This document shows positions 19,760-29,455 of a DNA stretch of 64,000 bases, piece after piece. Location of the stretch: contig OZ245002.1 in the NCBI GenBank assembly GCA_965223415.1, positions 3,488,001 through 3,552,000 on the forward strand, read 5' to 3'. A model generated the notes under the pieces. It saw only the letters and a list, made by a program, of their open reading frames with translations, did no database searches and had not been told where the DNA came from. Both the position numbers and the translations under genes were made by a program. Within the stretch, counting starts at the first letter, position 1. The number at the start of each line of letters is the position of its first letter. The DNA is from Myxococcota bacterium (lineage in GTDB: Bacteria > Myxococcota_A > UBA9160 > UBA6930).

Positions 19760-20488
19760 TCAGGCGCGCTCGAAGCACCAACGGTGGCGCGCCGATGCCA
19801 CCGTGAACGACGACTCGCCGGCGAGCCAGCCGCGCAGGAACTCGACGGCCGGTGGCCAGGGCAGGGGCTCGGCGTCGGGCCCCGCGCGCTCGAGCCCGAC
19901 CTCGAGCCGGCCTTCGCCCTCGCCGGGATCGAGCAGAAGGCCCACGCCGTAGGCGCAGGCGGGCTCGTCCACCAGGGCCGCGAAGACCGGATCGAGGGGC
20001 ACGTCTCCCATCACGAAGAGCACCGGGCGCTCGGGCTCGCGTTCCAGGTGGCCGAGGGCCTCCAGCAGCCCGCAGCCGAAGCTGTCGTCCCGGGCGGCGA
20101 GGGAGCTCGAGGCCTGGCGGTTGCCCATCGCGATGGAGAACAGGCCGGCCTGGGCGTTGTGCACGGTGTGGCTGAAGATCGCGGGCGAGATGCGCTCGTT
20201 CCGGGCCACGTTCTCGAGCAGCCCCACGGATTCGTTGATGCTCCCGTGGCGCGAGGCGAACACGGTTCGCACGCCCTCCCGCTCCTCTTCGGGGCAGCCT
20301 TCCGCCGCGACCTTCAGCAGGATCTTCGAGAGCGGCGTGCAGCGGCGGCGGAGCATGGCCGGCAGGAATTTCGCGTCGGGAACGCCTTCGGCGGCGAGCG
20401 GGTACGGAGCCCCGGCCCAGGTGATCCAATCGTCGGCGCTCTCCAGCCCCGGCGCCCAGGCACTCCATCCCCGGAGCCGCGTCTTCAC
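19760..20488 (-). CDS. Ketosynthase chain-length factor (ApeC-like)
   Basis: WSAWAPG, PAMLRRR, FASRHG and SPAIFSHTVHN motifs; short protein lacking the KS catalytic motifs. Confidence 0.8.
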   Translation of the reverse strand: MKTRLRGWSAWAPGLESADDWITWAGAPYPLAAEGVPDAKFLPAMLRRRCTPLSKILLKVAAEGCPEEEREGVRTVFASRHGSINESVGLLENVARNERISPAIFSHTVHNAQAGLFSIAMGNRQASSSLAARDDSFGCGLLEALGHLEREPERPVLFVMGDVPLDPVFAALVDEPACAYGVGLLLDPGEGEGRLEVGLERAGPDAEPLPWPPAVEFLRGWLAGESSFTVASARHRWCFERA

Positions 20489-20534
20489 GGGGTGCTTCGC
20501 TCCCGGAGCCGCGTCTTCACGGCGTGCTTCGCTC
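20471..20534. repeat. 32-bp tandem duplication at the KS/CLF junction
   Basis: CCGGAGCCGCGTCTTCACGG[G/C]GTGCTTCGCTC x2 with one mismatch. Confidence 0.9.
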
Positions 20535-21716
20535 CAGTACCAGCGTGCAGTTGTTGCCGCCGAAGCCGAAGGAGTTGGTGAGGACGAGCGTCCGGTCTCC
20601 GACGGGGGCCGACTCACCCTTGCCGGCCAGCCGGATGGGAGCGCAGGCGGGATCGAGCTCGCCGTCGAAGACGTGGGGCGGCAGGTCCAGGACGCCTTCG
20701 TGTCCGCCCGCGAGGACGAGCCAGCTGAAGGCCGCCTCCAGGGCGCCCGCGGCGCCGAGGGTGTGGCCGACGAGGGGCTTGGTCGAGCTGCAGGGGACGT
20801 CGCGGCCGAGCACCCGGTCGACCGCCAGACTCTCCATGGCGTCGTTGAGCGGCGTGCCGGTGCCGTGGAGGTTGACGTAGGCGATGTCGCCGGGCGCCGC
20901 GCTGGCGTCGTCGAGGGCGCGGCGCATGGCGTTCTCCGCACCCCGACCCTCCGGATCCGGCGCGGACATGTGGTGGGCCTCGCTCGATTCGCCCACGCCC
21001 GCGAGCTGGATGCCGCCCGGGTCGCCGGTCACGAGGAACACGGCGGCGCCCTCGCCGAGGGTGAGCCCGCGCCGGTTCACGCTCATGGGGTTGGTCGCCT
21101 CGGGAGCCACCGCCTGGAGGGCGGCGAAACCGCCGGTCGTGAGGCCGCACAGGGTGTCCGCGGCGCCGGCGACCACCGCATCGCACAGCCCGAGCCGCAG
21201 CAGGGAGCGGGCGGAGGCCAGGGCCCGCGCGCCGGAGGAGCAGGCCGTCGAGAGCGTGTAGGCCGGGCCCTCCGCACCGAGCCAGCGCGCCGTGAACTCG
21301 GCGATGCCGCCGAACTCGAGCTGGGCGTAGTCGAAGGCCGGCGCCAGGGCCGACGTCTCCAGGTGGTGGCGGATCGCCACCTCGGCGTCGGCGACGCCCG
21401 ACGTGCTCGTGCCCATGACGACGCCGATGCGCTTCGGCCCGAAGCGTTGCACCGCCTCCCGAAGCGGCGCTTCGATCTGTTGCAGGGCGGCCAGGGCCAT
21501 CGCGTTGTTGCGACACGCGAACGCGGAAAGCTCGGGCGGGATTTCGGGCAGTGGCTCGTTCACTGCGGCGACGACCATCGGCTCGTCGGCCGCGGGCACG
21601 TCGCGCAGGGAGAGGCGGGTCGTGTCGCCGCTCAGCAGACGGGCCCAGGTCTCCTCTGCGCTCGAGCCGAGCGCCTGGATCTGACCCATGGCGGCGAGGG
21701 AGCACGGCGCAGTCAT
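20517..21716 (-). CDS. Beta-ketoacyl-ACP synthase (ApeO-like)
   Basis: STACSSG, HGTGT, KPLVGHTLG and NSFGFGG motifs. Confidence 0.9.
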   Translation of the reverse strand: MTAPCSLAAMGQIQALGSSAEETWARLLSGDTTRLSLRDVPAADEPMVVAAVNEPLPEIPPELSAFACRNNAMALAALQQIEAPLREAVQRFGPKRIGVVMGTSTSGVADAEVAIRHHLETSALAPAFDYAQLEFGGIAEFTARWLGAEGPAYTLSTACSSGARALASARSLLRLGLCDAVVAGAADTLCGLTTGGFAALQAVAPEATNPMSVNRRGLTLGEGAAVFLVTGDPGGIQLAGVGESSEAHHMSAPDPEGRGAENAMRRALDDASAAPGDIAYVNLHGTGTPLNDAMESLAVDRVLGRDVPCSSTKPLVGHTLGAAGALEAAFSWLVLAGGHEGVLDLPPHVFDGELDPACAPIRLAGKGESAPVGDRTLVLTNSFGFGGNNCTLVLERSTP

Positions 21717-21771
21717 CCCCTCGACGATACCTGCTCGTCGGGGGGACAGCCTGGGTGCGAGGTGTGAGCCC

Positions 21772-22122
21772 CTAGAACGGGTAGACGCTGCCCATCGGAT
21801 GGGGCAGCGGGAGCCGCTTGTTCAGCGCCTCGTTGCGCAGCTCGGCGGTTCCCTCCGCGGAGAAGCGGCCGGAGGAGGCCGGCTGGTTCATCCGCGGCAG
21901 CTGCACGTCGCGGGGGTCGCGAATGCCGCTCGTCGAGAGATAGGGGCGACCGCGCCAGCGATCGTGGGTCGAGAGGCGCACCTTCTCGGGGCGGGCCTCG
22001 TCGCCCTTGGCCTTCGCCTCGGCCACGGCTTCGTCCTGGGGCTCGGCGGTCGGCGAATCGGCCCAGGCACTGCCGGCGAACAGGAAGCTCGCTGCCACCA
22101 ACAGCAACAGCATGCGGATCAT
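21772..22122 (-). CDS. Small secreted hypothetical protein
   Basis: GGAGGA RBS; signal peptide MIRMLLLLVAASFLFAGSAWA; 116 aa. Confidence 0.55.
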   Translation of the reverse strand: MIRMLLLLVAASFLFAGSAWADSPTAEPQDEAVAEAKAKGDEARPEKVRLSTHDRWRGRPYLSTSGIRDPRDVQLPRMNQPASSGRFSAEGTAELRNEALNKRLPLPHPMGSVYPF

Positions 22123-22313
22123 CGGATCCCTCCTCCGGGGGCGCCACGGTTCGTCCCCTGGAAGAGCAAGCTGCGTGCCACGCAGGACGCAGGAGCGTTC
22201 GCTAGGCGAGCCCTGACTCCCAGTCCACGCAGCCGCCGGCGTCGTCCGCCGCTTGGGGCGGCGTGCAGCCCGCCGCTTGCGATGCGGGCCCGCGGCTCCT
22301 GGGGCGTCGGGGA

Positions 22314-24761
22314 TCAGCTGGGGGGTGACGACGGGGGCGGATCGCCGCGGTCGCCACCTTCGGGCCGCCGCCCGCGCCCGCGTCGCCTTCGTCCGCGGCT
22401 GCCGCGCCGCCTCCGCTTGTTCCGGCTCCGCGACTCGCCGTCGTCGGAGGCGCGGGCCTCGGCGCCGTTCGCGTTTCGCCGCCCCCGGTTGCCGCCGGCG
22501 CTCGCCGCGGCGCCGCCGGAGCGGCGCCCGCCCTTGCGGCGCTTCTGGCCCCGTCGCCGGCTTCCGCCACTTCCCGACTTGCCCCGCCCGCGTCGCCGAC
22601 GCTCCTCGCCCTTGGGAGGCGCCAGCGGCTCCCAGAAGCTGTCCGGTCGATCCGCCTGGCCGCGGCAGACGTCGCACATGCCGCAGGGCTCGGTGGTCTC
22701 CTCGCCGAAGTACTCGCGCAGGAAGTTTGCCCGGCACTCGGCGTCGAGGGCGTAGTCGGCGACGGCGTCGAGACGCCTCGCGTCCTGGGTGCGCAGGGTC
22801 TCGAACTGGCCGGCCAGCTCCCGGGCCTTCTCCTCGAACTCCTCCGGCGCCACGATCACGTACACCGCGTCCTGGTCCCACTTGACCAGGGTCGCCTCTT
22901 CCATGAGCGCGAGGAGCGCGCCGGTGGTGCGCGCGCCGAGCTCCGCCGACAGCGCCAGGGCCTGGAGGCTCGGGATCTTCTCCTCGAGGGCCCAGGCGGC
23001 CAGGGCCCGGGCCAGCTTGTAGAGCTGCTCGGGCCGCACGCGGCTGCGCGCCAGGAGCGCCTCGTGGATGGCCCGGTCCTCGGACGAGAAGAGCAGGATG
23101 CAGTTGGCGCGGCGGCCGTCGCGTCCGGCACGGCCCGCCTCCTGGACGTACTGCTCGAGGGAGGCCGGGGACTGGTAGTGGAGGACGTAGCGGATGTCCG
23201 ACTTGTCGATGCCGAGGCCGAAGGCGTTCGTCGCCACCATCACCGTGCGCCGGCCGCGCTGCATGAACGCGTTCTGGTTCTTGGTGCGCTCGGAGGCGGT
23301 CATCTTGCCGTGGTAGCGGTGGGCCGGGACGCCGAAGCGTTTCAGCACGGCCCAGATCTCGTCCACCTCCCGGGTCGTCGCGCAGTAGATGATTCCCGGC
23401 CGGCGCACCCGCAGGGCCAGCCGCGCCAGCGCGCGCAGGCGCTGGCCTCCCGCACAGTGCAGCACGTCGAAGGCCAGGTTCGAGCGGTGGGGCGAGGTCG
23501 CGACCAGGTGCGGATCCCGCATTCCGACGAAGCGGATGATCGCCATCCGCACCTTCTCGGTGGCGGTGGCGGTGAGCGCCAGCACCGGCGGCGCGCCCAT
23601 GGCGCGCAGTCGTTCGCCGATCTGGAGATAGGCGGGGCGGAAGTCGTAGCCCCACTCGGAGATGCAGTGGGCCTCGTCGACGGCGGCCAGGGCGACGCCG
23701 GATTCGATCAGCGCCTCGGAGGCGTCGGGGGCGGCGAGGGTCTCCGGCGTGGTCATCACCAGCACGCGTTCGCCGCTGCGGATGCGCGCCAGCGCCTCCT
23801 TGCGCTTGCCGCCGCGGATCGTGCCGTCGAGGCGCACGCAGGGCACGCCGAGCTTCTGGAGCTTGTCGTACTGATCCTGCATCAGCGCGAGGAGCGGCGA
23901 GATCACCACCACCGGCTTCGACAGGATCATCGACGGGATCTGGTAGCAGGCGGACTTCCCGAAGCCGGTGGGAAGGATCATCATCACGTCCTTCCCGCTG
24001 AGCCCCTGCTCGATCACCTCCTCCTGCTCCGGGTGGAGCTGGCGGATGCCGAGGCGGAGCGCCGCCTTGCGCATGGCCTCCAGGCGCTCCTCGTGGGTGT
24101 CGAGGGGCACCGGGCCCTCGAAGACGGGCCCGGACGGGATCTCGAGCTCTTCTTCGGGCTCGAGGTCGTCCTCGTCTTCCTCGAGCTGGGCGCCGAGGGC
24201 GGCGGCCTCGGCCTGCAGCTCCTCCAGGGCGTCCTCGATGCTCTCGACCGCGGCGAGCTTCGTCACCGGCTCGCCGTCGTCCACCGGCGCGTCCTCCGGG
24301 ACCTCCGGCTCGTCGTCGAGGTCGAACATCTCCTCGGCCACCGAGAACTCCTCGGGCTCGAGGGTCTCCGGCGCGGGCTTCGCGCGCTTGCGGGCGGCCG
24401 GGCGGCGCTTGGGGCGCTCGTCTTCGCTCACGTCGTCGTCCGCTGCCTTCGCATCGGCGTTGGCCTTCTTGCGGGTGGCCTTCTTCGGGGAGGCCTTCCG
24501 CGTGGTCTTCTTCGCGGTCGCCTTCTTCGAGGTCGCCTTCTTGGTGCTCGTGGTGGAGGCCTTCTTCGTCGAAGCCACCTTCGTGGCGGTCTTGCGGGTC
24601 GCCTTCTTGGTCGAAGCCACCTTCGCGGCGGTCTTGCGGGTCGCCTTCTTGGTGGCCGCCTTCTTCGTGGACGGCTTCTTGCGCGTCCCTCGCCCGCTGC
24701 CGGACGAGTCCGCGCCCTCGTCGGACGCGTCGGACTCGCCGTCGGTCGGATCACTAGCCAA
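22314..24761 (-). CDS. recQ: RecQ-family ATP-dependent DNA helicase with long low-complexity termini
   Basis: PTGFGKS, DEAH, QEAGRAGRDG and Zn site CR...CGMCDVC; TTG 24761 chosen from a GAGGAG RBS. Confidence 0.85.
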   Translation of the reverse strand: MASDPTDGESDASDEGADSSGSGRGTRKKPSTKKAATKKATRKTAAKVASTKKATRKTATKVASTKKASTTSTKKATSKKATAKKTTRKASPKKATRKKANADAKAADDDVSEDERPKRRPAARKRAKPAPETLEPEEFSVAEEMFDLDDEPEVPEDAPVDDGEPVTKLAAVESIEDALEELQAEAAALGAQLEEDEDDLEPEEELEIPSGPVFEGPVPLDTHEERLEAMRKAALRLGIRQLHPEQEEVIEQGLSGKDVMMILPTGFGKSACYQIPSMILSKPVVVISPLLALMQDQYDKLQKLGVPCVRLDGTIRGGKRKEALARIRSGERVLVMTTPETLAAPDASEALIESGVALAAVDEAHCISEWGYDFRPAYLQIGERLRAMGAPPVLALTATATEKVRMAIIRFVGMRDPHLVATSPHRSNLAFDVLHCAGGQRLRALARLALRVRRPGIIYCATTREVDEIWAVLKRFGVPAHRYHGKMTASERTKNQNAFMQRGRRTVMVATNAFGLGIDKSDIRYVLHYQSPASLEQYVQEAGRAGRDGRRANCILLFSSEDRAIHEALLARSRVRPEQLYKLARALAAWALEEKIPSLQALALSAELGARTTGALLALMEEATLVKWDQDAVYVIVAPEEFEEKARELAGQFETLRTQDARRLDAVADYALDAECRANFLREYFGEETTEPCGMCDVCRGQADRPDSFWEPLAPPKGEERRRRGRGKSGSGGSRRRGQKRRKGGRRSGGAAASAGGNRGRRNANGAEARASDDGESRSRNKRRRRGSRGRRRRGRGRRPEGGDRGDPPPSSPPS
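24559..24653. repeat. 42-bp coding tandem repeat (KKATRKTAxKVAST)
   Basis: Two near-identical 42-nt units plus a partial third in the recQ N-terminus. Confidence 0.8.
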
Positions 24762-25030
24762 TCTGCTCCTCACGCAGGGCGGCACCGCTCCAGGGCGCGC
24801 CAGCAGCACGGCCACGGAGCCCAGGCCTCGTCACGCCGCCTCGGGGGCACAGGGGAGGTCCGGGTGCCTGCCAGGCTTGCGGCGTCGAGAGACGGGCCGC
24901 GGTCCTCCATGGGTTACAGAATTTCGCGGCGCGCCACCATGGACCCACGAAATTGGTCCCCGCGGGGGCGTTGCGTGGCCCGACCCCGCTTCTAACCTGC
25001 CCCCGCCTTTCTCCAGGAGTCGACACCGCC

Positions 25031-26017
25031 GTGCCCGCACCCCCCGTGATCGCTCAGAACCTGACGACCCTCTCCAAGCACCTCGCTGGGCGCGCCCTCG
25101 ACCCCGGCTTGGCGGGAGTGCTCGAGGCCCTCGCCCTGGGCTGCAAGGCCATCGGCCACCGGGTGCGGCGGGCGCGGATCGAGGACGACATCGTCGGCGT
25201 GGCGGGCGGCGAAAACGTGTTCGGCGAGGTGCAGCAGAAGCTCGACGTGCTCTCGGACGAAATGCTCCTCCAGTGCCTGCGGGAGGCGCCGGCAGCGGGG
25301 GTGTACGCCTCCGAGGAGCAGGAGGGGGCGATCGTGCTGCGGCCGGCGAGCGAGGGCGGCCGCTACGCGGTGCTGGCCGATCCCCTCGACGGCTCGTCCA
25401 ACATCGACGTGGCGGTGAGCGTGGGGACCATCTTCAGCGTCCTCCCCAACGACCGGCCCGACGCTGAGAGCGCCGAGGCGGTGCTCCAGCCCGGCCGCAA
25501 CCAGGTGGCGGCAGGCTACGTGCTCTACGGCTCGTCGATCGTCCTGGTGCTGGCGACGGCCGGCGGCGTCGACATGTACACCCTCGACCCGGTGCTCGGC
25601 GACTTCGTGCTGGTCAAGGAGGGCATCGAGATCCCGGCGGAGAGGAAGATCTACTCGATCAACGAGGCCTACGTGAACGACTTCGACGCGGGGCTCAAGG
25701 CTTACCTCGAGTTCGCCCACGGCGCGGGATACGCCGCCCGCTACATCGGTTCGATGGTCGCCGACGTCCACCGCACGCTTCTGAAGGGGGGCGTGTTCAT
25801 CTATCCGGCCACGGCGAAGGCGCCCCAGGGCAAGCTCCGGCTGATGTACGAGGGCAACCCGATGGGCTTCGTGATCGAGCGGGCGGGCGGCGCGGCCTCC
25901 GCTGGCGCGGCGGCGATCCTCGACGCCGTGCCCGCGCAGGTGCACGACCGCACGCCGGTCATCCTCGGCTCGAAGCTCGAGGTGGAGCACGTCACCTCCC
26001 GGACCCACCCCGCCTAG
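25031..26017 (+). CDS. fbp: Class 1 fructose-1,6-bisphosphatase
   Basis: DPLDGSSNIDV, RYIGSMVADVHRTL and GKLRLMYE motifs. Confidence 0.92.
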   Translation: MPAPPVIAQNLTTLSKHLAGRALDPGLAGVLEALALGCKAIGHRVRRARIEDDIVGVAGGENVFGEVQQKLDVLSDEMLLQCLREAPAAGVYASEEQEGAIVLRPASEGGRYAVLADPLDGSSNIDVAVSVGTIFSVLPNDRPDAESAEAVLQPGRNQVAAGYVLYGSSIVLVLATAGGVDMYTLDPVLGDFVLVKEGIEIPAERKIYSINEAYVNDFDAGLKAYLEFAHGAGYAARYIGSMVADVHRTLLKGGVFIYPATAKAPQGKLRLMYEGNPMGFVIERAGGAASAGAAAILDAVPAQVHDRTPVILGSKLEVEHVTSRTHPA

Positions 26018-26863
26018 ATGCGCGTCGCGAACCGCGCCGGCCGGTTGGTGTGGCTCGGCGAGGGCACGGCTCTCGACGTGGAGCGCGCCACCGGCGGCCG
26101 CTTCGGCCCGGACCCGATGGACGCCTTCACCGACTGGGAGGCGCTGCGGGCCCTCGCCGAGGGCGTGTCGCCGGACGACGGCGAGCCCTGTGCTCCGGCG
26201 GAGCTCGGCCCCTGCGTGCCCCGGCCGGGTGCCGTCTACGCGATCGGCCTCAACTACCGGGACCACGCGGCGGAGGCGGGTCTGCCGGAGCCCGGCTCGC
26301 CGATGGTGTTCACCAAGTTCCCGGCGTGCCTTGCCGGACCCGAGGCCCCGGTGCGCCTCTCCTCCGACCGGGTCGACTGGGAGGCGGAGCTCGTCGTCGT
26401 GATCGGCCGCCCCTGCACCGCCGTCTCCGAGGCCGACGGGTTCGCGGCGGTGGCGGGCTACTGCGTGGGCCAGGACGTCTCCGACCGCCGCATGCAGTTC
26501 AAGGACAAGCCCGCCCAGTTCTCCCTCGGCAAGTCGCTGCCGGGATTCGGGCCGATCGGGCCGGCCGTGACGAGCTTGGACCGGCTGGCCGATCCCCTGG
26601 ACCTGGCGATCACCTGCGATCTCGACGGCGAGCGGGTGCAGGAGAGCCGCACCCGCGAGATGATCTTCCCGGTGCCCGCGCTGGTGGCGTTCCTCTCGCG
26701 CCACATCCCCCTCGCGCCCGGCGACCTCGTCTTCACGGGCACGCCGGCGGGGGTGGGCTCCGTGCGCACGCCGCGGCGCTACCTGCAGGCGGGCGAGCAG
26801 CTGACGACCCGCATCGAGGGCCTGGGCGCGCTCCACAACCGCTGCGTGGCCGCCGCCGGATGA
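26018..26863 (+). CDS. Fumarylacetoacetate hydrolase family protein
   Basis: IGLNYRDH, DWEAEL, QDVSDR and GDLVFTGTPAGVG motifs. Confidence 0.88.
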   Translation: MRVANRAGRLVWLGEGTALDVERATGGRFGPDPMDAFTDWEALRALAEGVSPDDGEPCAPAELGPCVPRPGAVYAIGLNYRDHAAEAGLPEPGSPMVFTKFPACLAGPEAPVRLSSDRVDWEAELVVVIGRPCTAVSEADGFAAVAGYCVGQDVSDRRMQFKDKPAQFSLGKSLPGFGPIGPAVTSLDRLADPLDLAITCDLDGERVQESRTREMIFPVPALVAFLSRHIPLAPGDLVFTGTPAGVGSVRTPRRYLQAGEQLTTRIEGLGALHNRCVAAAG

Positions 26864-27675
26864 GCCGCCTGCGCGTCGACCGGCTGGACGACGCGCGCCT
26901 CGCCGACTACCGGCAGCTTGCCGGGCCGGATCGGCTGGCGGGCCGGGGCCTGTTCGTGGCCGAGAGCCGCCACGTGCTGCGCCGGCTGATCGACGCCGGC
27001 CGCTTCCGTGTGCGGTCCGTGTTGCTCGCGGAGACGGCGGAGCGGGAGACGGCGCCCTGGCTCGTGCGGCTGGATCCGCAAGTTCCCGTCCACGTGGCGC
27101 CGCGGGCGCTGCTCTCCGAGCTGGCCGGCTACCGCGTGCACCAGGGCTGCCTGGCGATCGCGGAGCGGGGCGAGCCCCTCGAGCCGGCGGTTCTGATCCG
27201 GGCCGCCGCCGAGGCCGGGGGGCGGCTCCTGGTGCTGGACGGCGTGGCGAACCCGGACAACGTCGGCGGGCTCTTCCGCAACGCCCGGGCGTTCGCGGCG
27301 AGCGGCGTGCTCTTGGTGGGCGGCGGCGATCCCCTCTATCGCAAGGCCGTCCGGGTCTCGGTGGGCGCGACCCTCGAGGTGCCCTTCGCCCGGGTGGGGA
27401 GCTGGCCCGTGGCGGCGGAGGCGCTCCAGAGGGACGGCCTCCTCCGCGTCGCCGCTGTCACCGATCCGGCGGCGCCGGCCGTGCAGGAGCAGGCGCCCCG
27501 CCTGGCCGGCCAGCCTCTGGCCCTGGTGGTCGGCGACGAGGGGCAGGGCCTCGCACCGGCCGTGCTCGCCCAGTGCGACACCCGGGTCACGGTTCCGATG
27601 GCGGCGGGCATCGACTCCCTGAACGTGGCCGCCGCGGCCGGCATCCTGCTCCATCACCTGGCGGGGCTGGCGTGA
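26860..27675 (+). CDS. TrmH/SpoU-family RNA methyltransferase
   Basis: NPDNVGGLFRNA, GDEGQGL and DSLNVAAA SPOUT motifs. Confidence 0.88.
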   Translation: MSRLRVDRLDDARLADYRQLAGPDRLAGRGLFVAESRHVLRRLIDAGRFRVRSVLLAETAERETAPWLVRLDPQVPVHVAPRALLSELAGYRVHQGCLAIAERGEPLEPAVLIRAAAEAGGRLLVLDGVANPDNVGGLFRNARAFAASGVLLVGGGDPLYRKAVRVSVGATLEVPFARVGSWPVAAEALQRDGLLRVAAVTDPAAPAVQEQAPRLAGQPLALVVGDEGQGLAPAVLAQCDTRVTVPMAAGIDSLNVAAAAGILLHHLAGLA

Positions 27676-28517
27676 GTCGCGTGCTCGTCGCGGGCTGCGG
27701 CTGGCTGGGCGGCGCCCTCGCCCGCCGGCTCGTGGTCGGGGGCCACGAGGTGCTCGGCCTGCGCCGCGGCGACGCGCCGCTTCCCGAAGGCGTCGTGCCG
27801 TTGCAGGCGGATCTCGCGGAGCCTTCGAGCCTGGCCGGGCTCCCGCGCGCCGTCGACGCGGTGGTCTACGCCGCGTCCCCGGGCGAGCGCAGCGACGCGG
27901 CCTACGAGCGAACCTTCGTCACCGGTGTGCGGAACCTGCGGGAGGCCCTGACACGGGGCTCGCCGGAGCTGGCGCGCTTCGTCTTCGTGTCGAGCACGGC
28001 GGTCTATTCCCAGCGGGACGGCTCCTGGGTGGACGAGGGCTCGCCCGCGGAGCCCACCCACTTCTCGGGGCGGAGGCTCCTGCTTGGCGAGCGCCTGGCG
28101 CGGGACGGACCGGGGGCGGGCTGCGCCCTGCGTCTGGGCGGGCTCTACGGTCCCGGACGCACGGGCCTGCTGGACCGGGTCCGCCGCGGGGAGGCGCGCT
28201 ACGCCCCCGGTCCGCCCCGCTACGCGAACCGCATCCATCGGGACGACGCGGTCTCCGTGCTGGAGCACCTGCTCATGGCCGAGGCGCCGCCGGTCTGCCT
28301 GCTCGGCGTGGACAGCGCACCCGCTCCCGAGCGCGAGGTGCTCGAAGGGCTCGCCGATCGGCTGGGCGCGCCGGCGCCGAGGCCCGCCGAGCCCGCGGCC
28401 GGCAGCCGGGCGGCGCTCGGCAATCGGCGCTGCAGCAACGCCCTCCTCCTCGCCCGTGGCCTGCGGCTCCGGTATCCGAGCTGGCGCGAGGGTTACGAGG
28501 CGCTCCTCGCCGGCTAG
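27672..28517 (+). CDS. NAD-dependent epimerase/dehydratase (atypical SDR, YeeZ-like)
   Basis: GCGWLG, VSSTAVY and NRIHRDD motifs. Confidence 0.8.
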   Translation: MSRVLVAGCGWLGGALARRLVVGGHEVLGLRRGDAPLPEGVVPLQADLAEPSSLAGLPRAVDAVVYAASPGERSDAAYERTFVTGVRNLREALTRGSPELARFVFVSSTAVYSQRDGSWVDEGSPAEPTHFSGRRLLLGERLARDGPGAGCALRLGGLYGPGRTGLLDRVRRGEARYAPGPPRYANRIHRDDAVSVLEHLLMAEAPPVCLLGVDSAPAPEREVLEGLADRLGAPAPRPAEPAAGSRAALGNRRCSNALLLARGLRLRYPSWREGYEALLAG

Positions 28518-28551
28518 GGTTCCTGGACGAACGGGCTTCCCCGGGAGAACC

Positions 28552-29361
28552 ATGCGTAGCCTCGCCCTCCTGATCCTCCTCGTCGCCGGCCCCGCCGGCG
28601 CTGGCACCTTCCTCGTGCTCGAGACCACCCGTCTCGACGACGGCAGCCTCCTCGAGCGCACCGAGCTGCGCGCCGACGGCACGCGGCTCCGCGTCGATAC
28701 CGACGGCGGCCGGAGCAGCGTCGTCTACCTGGCGGAGGAGCGGACGGTGCGTGTCCTGAACCACGCGGAGCGCTCCTACCTCGAGGTCGACCAGCAGACC
28801 ACCCAGCAGGTGGCGCGCGGCCTCGAGAAGGTGAATCGGGAGCTGCGGGATCGCCTCGACTCCCTTCCCGCGAGCCAGCGTGCCGCCGCCGAACGGCTGC
28901 TGAACCAGACCCTCGGGCCCGGCGCCGAGACGAAGCGCCCCGAGGTGGTGGTGGTTCCGACCGGCGGCAGCGACGAGATCGAAGGCCATGCCTGCCGCGA
29001 GTTCGACGTCCTCCGCGACGGCACCCGCGTGGCGGACGTCTGCAAGGCGGAGTACGCAGAGGTCGGCGTGGCGCCCGAGACCCTGGGCGCCTTGCGCGAG
29101 CTCGCTGGCTTCCTGCGCGAGAGCCTTGCGGCTCTCGCGCCCGAGGGCCTGCGCGGCCGCAGCCTCGACGCCCTCGACTCCTTCGATCACCTCGACGGCG
29201 TGCCCTTGCGCATCCGCGCCTACGAGAGCGGCACCCCTGTCCGCCAGAGCCGCATCACCGACATCGTCACCCGCACGCTCCCGAAGACCGACTTCGCGGT
29301 CCCCGACGGCTACACCAAGAGCGTCGGCCTCAACATCCGCGAGCACATCGGCTCGCCCTGA
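28552..29361 (+). CDS. Secreted protein (DUF4412-like)
   Basis: Signal peptide; TGGSDEIEGHAC, GVPLR and FAVPDGY segments. Confidence 0.55.
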   Translation: MRSLALLILLVAGPAGAGTFLVLETTRLDDGSLLERTELRADGTRLRVDTDGGRSSVVYLAEERTVRVLNHAERSYLEVDQQTTQQVARGLEKVNRELRDRLDSLPASQRAAAERLLNQTLGPGAETKRPEVVVVPTGGSDEIEGHACREFDVLRDGTRVADVCKAEYAEVGVAPETLGALRELAGFLRESLAALAPEGLRGRSLDALDSFDHLDGVPLRIRAYESGTPVRQSRITDIVTRTLPKTDFAVPDGYTKSVGLNIREHIGSP

Positions 29362-29368
29362 CCGCAAC

Positions 29369-29454
29369 AACGCAAGAGTGGGGACGTTCCTTGCATCTTG
29401 CATTCTTGCGCTCCGAAGGATGCAAGATGCAAGGAACGTCCCCACTCTTGCGTT
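29369..29454. repeat. 35-bp inverted repeat (second REPIN-like hairpin) between convergent genes
   Basis: Arms 29369-29403 and 29420-29454; shares a 32-nt arm with 4590-4666 but has a different loop. Confidence 0.9.
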
Positions 29455-29455
29455 T

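Noticed and set aside
24920..24954. AATTTCG...CGAAATT inverted repeat between the divergent recQ and fbp genes
   Set aside because: Only 7-bp arms with a long spacer; cannot be assigned to a regulator
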